In this document: one piece after another, positions 1 to 8,494 of the stretch
How positions within the stretch are numbered: the stretch's first letter is position 1
Layout: the number at the start of each line of letters is the position of its first letter
NCBI GenBank assembly: GCA_047947115.1
Contig: CP170459.1
Span: 896,001 to 960,000 of the forward strand
Source of the DNA: Verrucomicrobiota bacterium
GTDB taxonomy: Bacteria; Verrucomicrobiota; Verrucomicrobiia; Limisphaerales; AAA164-E04
Length of the DNA: 64,000 bases
Direction: 5' to 3'
Translations under genes and position numbers: made by a program
The notes under the pieces: model-generated
Told to the model about the DNA's origin: nothing
The model's database searches: none
The model's input: the letters and a program-made list of their open reading frames with translations, nothing else

Positions 1-156
1 GCCCCAAAAAAAAGCTTCAACCGTTTTCGTTTAGTCATAAGCAGGGAGGTCAAAATTTATTATCGCCAGGGTGTGTCACATCAATCGATCGACCGGCCAG
101 GGATTTTTGATTGGCGTATATTGGACACCGTTGTGAGGTGATAATAATTCATTGAA

Positions 157-2493
157 TTATTGAAAATCTTCATAATTGACGCTTTGTTCTGAATATCCTT
201 GCTGAGCTTGGTTTCCTAATTCCGTTAGAAAACGAGCGAAGCGGTCGATTTCATCCCGTGAAGCATCACGTATTCGCCCCTCTTGCCGCATAACTTTCAC
301 TTCACTGGGAGAAGGAATGGTCACTCTCCCCTTTTCATCAACAGCGAGCGGTACCGCCTCATTAACACAATTGATCATGGTGACTTGAAGGCCTTCAAAA
401 TTTCCTACGGGATTACCTCGACCATCCTCCAATTGCCCCTTCCTGACTCGCCTGGGAGGGGACCAATTGGGATCATCATTAATGGCCGGGTCAGTCGCGT
501 CGTATTTGATTCGAATTTTGCGATCTTCCTCAAACTCTTTCAAAGCGCATTCCTGATACCATCCGATGTAGGGCGAGAGAAGCTTGTCCTCCCCATTCAT
601 CAATGCTTCAAATTCAGGAGAATCACTGTGTAAACTGCCAACGTACGACATAACCTCAGTTGGCAATTCATCCAGCCATTTGATCTCTTTTAGCAGACGT
701 ATGATCAAGCCTTCCATTTCGATCTTGCCGGTCTCAGTGGAAAACTCGGGTTTAAGCCACGCATCTTCGCATAGCATCCTTCGCAACCTCCGAAGCTGAG
801 TCTCAGCTTCCTCTCCACAAGTAACGAATCCAAACATGCTACTCGAAACACGCTTTCCGTCGCGAATAACGTACTCGTCGGGTTCATGTTCAAACGCCGC
901 GTGGTAATATCGGCGAAAAGCGTGAAAGCATTTCCCCACCATCACGGGATTGTGTCCTCGATCATGCTCCTTGAGAATGTTGCAGAAAGTTTCGAATGAT
1001 GAGGTGAAGCGGTTTTCGTCCTCAAAGAATTTCTTAAGGTAAGCGTGATTTGGCCCGATACCCCATTCAGTCTGGCTTCTTCTTTTCCACTGACGACGCA
1101 TTTCCACTTTCTTCTCCGGTGTCAAATGTGAACCACTAACACCATGCAGGTAAAGATAAGGCTGAGATGGATCGAAAGTCAGATTTAGATCATGGGTAGG
1201 TTTCCAAGGGAAATTAGTCTTCCAATGAGCAAGCCTTTCGGCTTCGGCTCTTCGGGCCTTTGGGTCCATGGCAATCATCCTTTGGATGACAATCGATGGC
1301 TCATCCGGACCTGCCCTATGAATGCCTCCGTTTTTTCGCAGGCGTTTGATCTCTTCCGGTGTGGGAATCGTTATGAATCCATCCGCATCTACCTCCACAG
1401 GGATCAGCTCATTTTCACCATTTATTATGCTGACCTTCAGACTGTCACATTGTTCCACGGGTTCTCCCCAATGATCCACCAATCGGCCGAGTTCGACACG
1501 CGCAGTTGGATTTGATTCAGGATCTCTCTGAATAAAGGTCCAAACGGATGCATCATGAATGCGAAACTGTCCATCCAGCTCCGCCTGCAACATTGCACTT
1601 TCTTGATACCAACCGACGTAAGGCGTCAGTAATTGTTCCTCACCATTGACCAAAGCCTGATATTGAGGAGACTCTTTGTTTATTCCCACCAAGTAATTCA
1701 TGATGTTCTTCGGAAGATCATCCATTTCCGGAATTTCCGTCACCAAACGACTGATGAGACTTTCTACCTCAGCCTTACCCGCTGCGGTAGCAAATCGCGG
1801 ACGAAGCCAATCCCAATGACTCAGGTGCCATCTTAGTGAGCCAAGTGTCCCCTCAACCCGATCCGCCCACGTCATATAACCGAACCGCCCCTTCGGAGCC
1901 CGCGATTCATCTGAAGGAAAATATTCGTCCGGTTCGTGTTTAATGACAGCTTCAAAATAGAATCGGAAGGCCTGGAAGGACTCTCCCACCATGGCAGGAT
2001 TATGCCCCCGACCATGTTCCTTGAGTATCTGGTAGAACTTTTGAAACTGGGGCGTGAACCGAATATCATCCTTGAAAAATCCACGAAGAAACCAATGGCT
2101 GCGCCCAATGGAACTCTCAGTCTGGCCTCTCCTTTCCCAAAGACGATGAATCCTTCTATTATCTTCTTGAGTCACCTTCGATATATCATAGGTAAGTAAA
2201 TAATTGTAAGGCTGGGAGGCATCGAAAATCAGCGTGGGGTCATGAGTCGGTTTCCAGGGGAAATTTTCTTTCCAGTTGGCAAGCCTTTTCGCTTCAAGCT
2301 GCCTAGCTTCCTCGCTCAATGGATTCGATGAGATAGAAGTTTTGGGTACTTGTCCCAAATGGAGGGTTTCATTGGGAAATGCTTTATGGTAATTTGAATG
2401 AAATGTCCCCACCCACAACCACACAACCGAGACTGTGATTAACAGGACTGCCATGATCGCGATCAAGTACTGCGGTTTTGTTAGCTGTTTCAT
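157..2493 (-). CDS. Hypothetical membrane-anchored protein: family-A-type leader fused to two tandem copies of the family-B domain (B1, B2)
   Basis: 778-aa ORF with an N-terminal TM (VVWLWV). The motif series WKxNFPWKPTHD...FFxDxxRF...RGHNP...PY[VI]GWYQE occurs twice. Confidence 0.85.
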   Translation of the reverse strand: MKQLTKPQYLIAIMAVLLITVSVVWLWVGTFHSNYHKAFPNETLHLGQVPKTSISSNPLSEEARQLEAKRLANWKENFPWKPTHDPTLIFDASQPYNYLLTYDISKVTQEDNRRIHRLWERRGQTESSIGRSHWFLRGFFKDDIRFTPQFQKFYQILKEHGRGHNPAMVGESFQAFRFYFEAVIKHEPDEYFPSDESRAPKGRFGYMTWADRVEGTLGSLRWHLSHWDWLRPRFATAAGKAEVESLISRLVTEIPEMDDLPKNIMNYLVGINKESPQYQALVNGEEQLLTPYVGWYQESAMLQAELDGQFRIHDASVWTFIQRDPESNPTARVELGRLVDHWGEPVEQCDSLKVSIINGENELIPVEVDADGFITIPTPEEIKRLRKNGGIHRAGPDEPSIVIQRMIAMDPKARRAEAERLAHWKTNFPWKPTHDLNLTFDPSQPYLYLHGVSGSHLTPEKKVEMRRQWKRRSQTEWGIGPNHAYLKKFFEDENRFTSSFETFCNILKEHDRGHNPVMVGKCFHAFRRYYHAAFEHEPDEYVIRDGKRVSSSMFGFVTCGEEAETQLRRLRRMLCEDAWLKPEFSTETGKIEMEGLIIRLLKEIKWLDELPTEVMSYVGSLHSDSPEFEALMNGEDKLLSPYIGWYQECALKEFEEDRKIRIKYDATDPAINDDPNWSPPRRVRKGQLEDGRGNPVGNFEGLQVTMINCVNEAVPLAVDEKGRVTIPSPSEVKVMRQEGRIRDASRDEIDRFARFLTELGNQAQQGYSEQSVNYEDFQ

Positions 2494-2517
2494 TGAAATG
2501 CTCTAGGATATTCCTGC

Positions 2518-3765
2518 CTATTTAGGCGGTTGACTCATTTCCATGATTTTCTGGATGATGGGTGAAGCTTCATCCAAAGTGGCAGGCCTGACATCACCGT
2601 TCTGGCGCATAAGCTCGACCTCCTGGGGCGTGGGTAATGAAATACTCCCATCGTCCTCGACAACGACCGACACCCGCTCACCACGTTCATTAATGAGGGC
2701 TATCTCTCCGCTTTCTGACCATTTGACGGGATCTCCGTCTTTGTCGACAAGTTGACCGTTTATGATATCGACTGGTGGAAACAACTCCGGCATTGCTGCC
2801 TTGAGGAATGGATCCCCCTGTTCATAGCTTGTTTGAAATTGCCTTCTTTGTTCGCCTTCCATCATGGCATGTTCTTCTGTCCATCCAACATAAGGCACCA
2901 AGAGTTCCTCTTCTCCGGAAATTACACCTGCTGCTTCAGGATTAGTAGAATTCATACCACTTACTATCGCGTACTCCATGACGTCAACGGGCAGTTTATC
3001 CAAACCTTCTACTTCACCAAGCAGACGTTCAATCAATGCAAAAGCATCAGCTCTTCCCTCATCGGAAAGGAATCCTGGACGATGCCATCTTGACGTAATG
3101 AGTTTAACATGAAGTGAACCCAGAAGCTTATCTGCATATTGGCCCCATGTTTTGACTTTGAGACGTCGTATTGGAATGTTATCGCTTTCATTGATTTCAT
3201 CGTTTTCACCGTGTTCGTATGCCGCGTGGTAATAGCTTCGTAGTGAGTGAAAAACGGCTGCTGCTGCTACGGGATCATGCCCGCGATCATTTTCTTCAAG
3301 TATTCGGTAAAACTTCTCAAATTGAGGAGAAAATCGTGATTCATCATCAAAAAAGTTTTTCAATACATAATGATTGGCTCCGGTAAACATATCTGTCGCA
3401 CTCATAGGTCCCGGCCTTTTGCTTTCTGCCAAGTAACGACCTGGATCAGATTTAAGATATGGATCATGAGTTGGTTTCCACGGAAAATTGACTTTCCAAT
3501 TCCACAACCTTTCACTCTCTGTATCATGGTTTTGGCTTGTAGAAGCGCCTGGGTTCAATGCAATGCCCGGAAAAGAAGGATTGAATTTCCTATGCTGGTA
3601 ACGGTTTGTTTGTACTGAATCATCTTGATTCAGATTTCCCCTGTTTGTATTAGATGTGATTGACTGCCTTTGTACGAAATTTTGAAATGAGAGCAAAAGG
3701 ACAAGTATTAGCCCTCCCAAACCGCACATGAAAACAATCATTTTCAGCATTTTGTTGTTTTCCAT
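2518..3765 (-). CDS. Hypothetical membrane-anchored protein, family B (B3)
   Basis: 415 aa with an N-terminal TM; WKVNFPWKPTHD, RGHDP and PYVGW motifs; GGAAGG upstream of the ATG. Confidence 0.85.
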   Translation of the reverse strand: MENNKMLKMIVFMCGLGGLILVLLLSFQNFVQRQSITSNTNRGNLNQDDSVQTNRYQHRKFNPSFPGIALNPGASTSQNHDTESERLWNWKVNFPWKPTHDPYLKSDPGRYLAESKRPGPMSATDMFTGANHYVLKNFFDDESRFSPQFEKFYRILEENDRGHDPVAAAAVFHSLRSYYHAAYEHGENDEINESDNIPIRRLKVKTWGQYADKLLGSLHVKLITSRWHRPGFLSDEGRADAFALIERLLGEVEGLDKLPVDVMEYAIVSGMNSTNPEAAGVISGEEELLVPYVGWTEEHAMMEGEQRRQFQTSYEQGDPFLKAAMPELFPPVDIINGQLVDKDGDPVKWSESGEIALINERGERVSVVVEDDGSISLPTPQEVELMRQNGDVRPATLDEASPIIQKIMEMSQPPK

Positions 3766-3785
3766 AAATCACCCTTCCATAGATT

Positions 3786-4289
3786 TCAAAGGTTTTTGTC
3801 ATCCAATACATATGTATACTTCTTGTTAACCCAATTGGTTGTTGTGATCAGAAGTGGATTAATGACATTGTTTTGATTATCAAGGTTGGAAACTGGCGTT
3901 TCCTCTGCTTTAACCGAAGATTTGACCAAGTTTGTATGCCACCAATATTGTTTTCCGCCTGAGACTCCGACATCTGATATTAAACACGATTCAGGGCAAA
4001 CAGGTTCAGATTTATAGTCATATTTGTAAGCGGGAAAACCTATAGCTTTCTTATGACTTTCCCATCCTTCCTTCACCCAAGTTCCGTTGTCGGGATGATT
4101 GAGGTCATTGATATCATCGGCCTGGTTGGACCAGCATGCAACTTGCCCCCAGGTAATAAAAGTTCCTCCAACTTCAAGATGACGAAATACCTTTTGTCCA
4201 GCAGCCACCCATAACCAAACAACCGCAGCTGCGACAAAACTCACCGCTAAGTTCGCGGTCAAATACAGTGGTTCGGGTAATCGTTTCAT
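3786..4289 (-). CDS. Hypothetical protein, family A (A2), possibly internally deleted
   Basis: 167 aa. The N-terminus is collinear with the 778-aa ORF leader (VVWLWV at aa 23-28 in both). FRHLEVGGTFITWGQV resembles YRIISGAGTMITYGQL of A1. Confidence 0.65.
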   Translation of the reverse strand: MKRLPEPLYLTANLAVSFVAAAVVWLWVAAGQKVFRHLEVGGTFITWGQVACWSNQADDINDLNHPDNGTWVKEGWESHKKAIGFPAYKYDYKSEPVCPESCLISDVGVSGGKQYWWHTNLVKSSVKAEETPVSNLDNQNNVINPLLITTTNWVNKKYTYVLDDKNL

Positions 4290-4313
4290 TGATAACCTTT
4301 AAAAGGTATCTGA

Positions 4314-5582
4314 CTACTGGGCCGGTTGTTCCATTTCCATGATACTTTGAATAATAGGAGCAGCCTCTTCCATCGTGGCAGGCCGAATATCACCTCTCTG
4401 ACGCATGAGCTCAACCTCCTCGGGCGTGGGCAACGAAACACTCCCGTCGTCTTCAACGATGACAGGTATTCGCTCTCCACGTTCGTTAATAAGAGCCATC
4501 TGCCTGCTTTCTGACCATTTGACAGGATTATCGTCCTTGTCCACTAACTGACCATTCTTTATATCGACGGGTGGAAATAACTCCGGGGCGGCTTCTTTAA
4601 GAGATGGGTCACCTTGTTTAAAATCCATTTCGAATTGCCGGTTTTGAATTCCTTCATAAACCTGGCTCTGTTCGAACCAACCAACATATGGCACTAACAT
4701 TTCCTCTTCACCATTCCGTATGGATTGATAGTCTGGAGACTGATCGCTCATTCCGGTGCCGTATGCCATCACATCAAGAGGGAGATTCTCCAGCCCTTGG
4801 ATTTCCGTGACCAACCGTTTGATCAACGCATTGGCTTCGGCCTTTCCTGCGTCTGTTCCAAACTTAGGATTCAACCATTCCCAATGTCTTAACCAACCGC
4901 GCAGGCTTTCATACAGCTCATTTGACTTGTCTCCCCATGTAACGTAGCCGAAGAGTCCTTTTCGAATCCGTTTTCCATTTCTTTGAATGTATTCACTTGG
5001 TTCGTGCTCATATGCCGCGTGGTAGTATTGGCGCAAAGCCCAGAAACAGCTCCCTGTCATTACAGGATTGTGCCCGCGTTCATGGTCTTTGAGTATCCTG
5101 CAAAACTTTTCAAACTGGGGGGTGAATCTATTCTTGTCTTGAAAAAATTTCTTGAGAAAGGAGTGGTTCACTCCAGCGGCCATTTCTGAATTGCTTTGAT
5201 GTTTCCAGAAAGCGCTCAGGTCGTCACGTTGCTGATCTGTAAAATCTGTTGCATCCACTCCATTTAAAAACTGGTAGGGTCGCAACGGATCATAGATCAC
5301 TTTAGCATCATGCGTCGGCTGCCACGGAAAATTTTCTTTCCATGATTGCAATCTCTGCTCTTCCAAAAGTTTTTCCTTTTCGCTGAGCAAAGAAGGTTCC
5401 ATTAACTTTTTATAGCTGCTTTTACTTTGGGGCTGGATTTGATTGTCAGACAATTCAATTGTAGATCCTGCTTCCCTTCCGGAGGCAAACTCAAAACCAA
5501 CTTTATTCAAGTAGAAAACACCAATCAAACAAATGACCAATGTCGTTGAAACAACCACATATTGATTAACTTTTCGTTTCAT
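4314..5582 (-). CDS. Hypothetical membrane-anchored protein, family B (B4)
   Basis: 422 aa with an N-terminal TM; WKENFPWQPTHD, RGHNP and PYVGW motifs; last 99 aa are 76/99 identical to B3 (hand count). Confidence 0.85.
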   Translation of the reverse strand: MKRKVNQYVVVSTTLVICLIGVFYLNKVGFEFASGREAGSTIELSDNQIQPQSKSSYKKLMEPSLLSEKEKLLEEQRLQSWKENFPWQPTHDAKVIYDPLRPYQFLNGVDATDFTDQQRDDLSAFWKHQSNSEMAAGVNHSFLKKFFQDKNRFTPQFEKFCRILKDHERGHNPVMTGSCFWALRQYYHAAYEHEPSEYIQRNGKRIRKGLFGYVTWGDKSNELYESLRGWLRHWEWLNPKFGTDAGKAEANALIKRLVTEIQGLENLPLDVMAYGTGMSDQSPDYQSIRNGEEEMLVPYVGWFEQSQVYEGIQNRQFEMDFKQGDPSLKEAAPELFPPVDIKNGQLVDKDDNPVKWSESRQMALINERGERIPVIVEDDGSVSLPTPEEVELMRQRGDIRPATMEEAAPIIQSIMEMEQPAQ

Positions 5583-5596
5583 ACCGGAACAAGAGG

Positions 5597-6643
5597 TCAG
5601 TCATTTGAAAGTTCCGTAGCATACGGAACGTAATTTAGGTTTTGTTGGATCTGTCCTCCTTTTTCTTCGATATCCCCAAATCTGTTTCCAAACCGATCAA
5701 CTTCTTGCACTTGTATCAGTGCTGTTGAATACGTCACATTTCGGTTCCAAACGATATCCATCCCCCCGTTAACGCGCTCCCATGCAATTCGATGATGCGA
5801 TGGGCACAGTTTTTTCGGAACAGTCTTATCCTCGTACCCAGGAAACCAAATTTCTACCGGCTTTTGAGTAAGCATATCACCACTTGCCCAACGACTGCCA
5901 TACTGGTCGGTTATCCATTCTAATTTTTGGAGTTTGAAATGAACTTTTGCAGTGTATCCCATTCCGAGTGCCTTTGCTTGGTTTACCAATTCACCATCCA
6001 ACGCAACTCCAAACCATTCAGGATTCCAAACGTCAGATTCAATGTCGACATCAGGGTATTCAAACTTTGTTGATTCACCATAAGTGAACCAATACCCACC
6101 CTGTTCCCATTCATCTTCCAAAGGCCAAAAAAAAGTTTTCTTTTGAGCTGCTCCAACTAAACCCGTCACCCATTCGAACCTCGACTTATCCCAGTATTCC
6201 GGCATGTACGCTCGTCCCTTGAGGTCTGGATTTACTTTATGTTCCCCTTCTTCTTCATCCCATTCGATGAATATCCAATCAATGTATGTCACCCCATAAT
6301 TGGCTCGATCTCTTACTGAAAAATTCGCAGTTTCCACCGATTCCCCATATGCCACACCTTCATATATGCTCGAATTCCTCATCCTTTCATAGGAAATCAA
6401 ATTTGGACGTGCTCGCAATTTTGAATCCGTGCTATCTGGTTTAAAAATTTCGCGGTATAGTTGTCCGTACGTAATCATAGTACCAGCACCACTAATAATT
6501 CTGTATGCCCACCCAACAGCACTACCCTCACCCACCAACCATGGTCCTGCTACAATCGGAGCTGCAGAATAGATGCTAACAGTGGCCAGCAGTGAGACCA
6601 CCACCATTGTAATAACCTTTTTTGATTGGATGATGTGTTTCAT
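5597..6643 (-). CDS. Hypothetical secreted protein, family A (A1)
   Basis: Start revised to ATG 6643 (AAAGGAACAAAATG, RBS-like). Sec-like signal MKHIIQSKKVITMVVVSLLATVSIYSA, then a Gly-rich hydrophobic segment and a Trp-rich body. Confidence 0.8.
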   Translation of the reverse strand: MKHIIQSKKVITMVVVSLLATVSIYSAAPIVAGPWLVGEGSAVGWAYRIISGAGTMITYGQLYREIFKPDSTDSKLRARPNLISYERMRNSSIYEGVAYGESVETANFSVRDRANYGVTYIDWIFIEWDEEEGEHKVNPDLKGRAYMPEYWDKSRFEWVTGLVGAAQKKTFFWPLEDEWEQGGYWFTYGESTKFEYPDVDIESDVWNPEWFGVALDGELVNQAKALGMGYTAKVHFKLQKLEWITDQYGSRWASGDMLTQKPVEIWFPGYEDKTVPKKLCPSHHRIAWERVNGGMDIVWNRNVTYSTALIQVQEVDRFGNRFGDIEEKGGQIQQNLNYVPYATELSND

Positions 6644-7046
6644 TTTGTTCCTTTGTTTTTCGTTTTTAAATTTGATCAGATCACAGCTCCGCTGGCGTAG
6701 TTCTGCACAGCAGAGTACGTTGATTGAAATTGATTCATTGCTCCGTTTTTTCCGTATGTTCCAGTTGCTGGAACCTGGTGGCTTGATCACCTTGTGTCGG
6801 GCTATTCAGGCAGGACCCGAGATACGGTAAAGCAATAACCAAGCAGTAATGCTACTGTGGAATGGTGTCAATGGGAAAAGTGACTTTTTGCTACAAATTT
6901 ACATAACCGCTAACACACTTGCTACAGGCAAGTTCCACGATATATTAAAATCTTTTGTACTTTCTAATCACAATGTCGGTTTTTCAGACTTATGTCGCCT
7001 TTTTGAACCGATTGTTAGATAATAGGGAAACGGTTTCACACTTTGC

Positions 7047-7138
7047 CTCACACTAAGTCACGAAGCCACAAAGAATCAGGTTTTGATAAAAATATTGAGT
7101 TCCCTTTAAATACTTCGTGACTTTGTGCCTTGTGCGAG
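7047..7138. repeat. Palindromic mini-element with ~27-bp imperfect inverted arms of 8-bp periodic CACNAAG units (REP/MITE-like)
   Basis: Left arm ctcacactaagtcacgaagccacaaag (7047-7073). Reverse complement of the right arm (7113-7138) is ctcgcacaaggcacaaagtcacgaag. AT-rich 39-nt spacer. Confidence 0.65.
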
Positions 7139-7139
7139 A

Positions 7140-8381
7140 TCACTTATCGGTTGGGATGGAACGGATGATTTCTTCCAGGGGGGTTTCGCCGCGGATGACG
7201 CGCTCGATGCCGGCTTGCCAGAGGGTTTTCATGCCTCGTTCGATGGCTATGTCCTGGAGTTTGCGGGTGGGGAGTTTGTCCATGATGGCTTCGCGCATGG
7301 TTTCGTCGACTTCGAGCATTTCAGTGACAGAGGCTTGTCCACTGAATCCGGTTCCCGCGCAATGTTCGCATCCTCCTCCGTTACGTAAACTGGCTTCTTC
7401 CAGGAGCGTGTCGGGTATCAGTTTTTGATATGAAACTTCGGGTTGGTAGGGTTGGGCACAGTAGGGACAGGTGGTTCGGATGAGGCGGAGTCCAAGAACG
7501 CCAATCACGCTGGATGCCAGAAGAAAGGGTTCGATCTTCATGTTGATCATGCGCGCAAAGACCCCGGCAGTGCTGCCGCTGTGAATGGTGCTGATGACCA
7601 GGTGCCCGGTGAGTCCGGCCTGCACCGCGATGTTGGCCGTTTCCGCATCGCGGATCTCACCGACCATGATGACCTGTGGATCCTGTCGCATCAGGGATCG
7701 CAGAGCGACCGGATAGGTGAATTCCTTGGCGTGGTGGATCTGGGCCTGACTTATCATGGGCAGGTTGTATTCCACCGGATCTTCCACCGTGCTGATGCTG
7801 ATGGCCGGTCCGTGTTTTTCAACCAGGTGCGTCAATGCGGCGTAAATGGCGGTGGTCTTACCAGATCCGGTCGGGCCGGTGAGGAGGATCATGCCGCTGG
7901 GTTTGGAGAGCAGTTGTTTCATGCTATCCAAAGTGGATGCTTCGAATCCGAGGTCGTCCAGATTGAAGCTGCGTCGGTTGGGATCAAAGATGCGGATGAC
8001 GATTTTCTCCCCACGCAAAACGCCCCCTTGATGATTCCCCCGAACTACAGGAAAGAAGGACATGCGAAGTTCGACGCCCCCCATCTCCTGCCCTGTCTGT
8101 GCATGCCCTTCCTGAGGGCGGTCCATTTCGTAACTGACCAGATTGGCCATGACTTTGAGCCGGCCTCCGACCTTCTCCATGAGTTCGACCGGCAGATGCA
8201 ACAACTCCTGCAACACCCCTTTCAACCTTATCCGCACGACCAGACTGGCATCCCAGGGTTCGATGTGGATGTCACTGGCACCGGATTCGATGGCATCGCT
8301 GATCATCAGGTCCACCAAGCGCGTGATTTCGAGCGACTCCACGGAGTCCGCTGACTGAAGATATTCGGAGGCCTTGTTCAT
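7140..8381 (-). CDS. GspE/PulE/PilB-family secretion ATPase (short form)
   Basis: ASDIHIEP, Walker A GPTGSGKT, TVEDPVEY, RQDPQVIMVGEIRD, His box TGHLVISTIH, Zn motif CPYC...CEHC. Start revised to MNKASEY. Confidence 0.9.
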   Translation of the reverse strand: MNKASEYLQSADSVESLEITRLVDLMISDAIESGASDIHIEPWDASLVVRIRLKGVLQELLHLPVELMEKVGGRLKVMANLVSYEMDRPQEGHAQTGQEMGGVELRMSFFPVVRGNHQGGVLRGEKIVIRIFDPNRRSFNLDDLGFEASTLDSMKQLLSKPSGMILLTGPTGSGKTTAIYAALTHLVEKHGPAISISTVEDPVEYNLPMISQAQIHHAKEFTYPVALRSLMRQDPQVIMVGEIRDAETANIAVQAGLTGHLVISTIHSGSTAGVFARMINMKIEPFLLASSVIGVLGLRLIRTTCPYCAQPYQPEVSYQKLIPDTLLEEASLRNGGGCEHCAGTGFSGQASVTEMLEVDETMREAIMDKLPTRKLQDIAIERGMKTLWQAGIERVIRGETPLEEIIRSIPTDK

Positions 8382-8494
8382 GTTGTTTATCAATCGTTGT
8401 TTTGCTATAAATGCGAGCACAAAATGTGCCGGTTATTGCCATGCTTTGTCGTAATTACCTATTTCGTAATCCCACTGGATCAAATCTTTGTCAC

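Larger units (their letters stand above)
2410..4691. repeat. Diverged tandem duplication: ~2410-2895 matches ~4206-4691 at a constant 1796-bp offset
   Basis: PYVGW codons 2881/4677, identical 18-mer gctttctgaccatttgac 2710/4506, stops 2518/4314, 24-nt spacers and next starts 2493/4289 all differ by 1796. Confidence 0.85.

Noticed and set aside
3786..6643. Family A proteins as pilins or pseudopilins serving the adjacent GspE
   Set aside because: No class III signal (G-F-x-x-x-E) in A1, A2 or the A3 leader.
6844..6926. TGCTAC x3 (6850, 6889, 6920), small palindrome cagta-atgc-tactg and minus-strand TTGACA (6871-6866) as array promoter/operator
   Set aside because: The motifs are short and irregularly spaced and the matching -10 is poor; plausible but not supportable.
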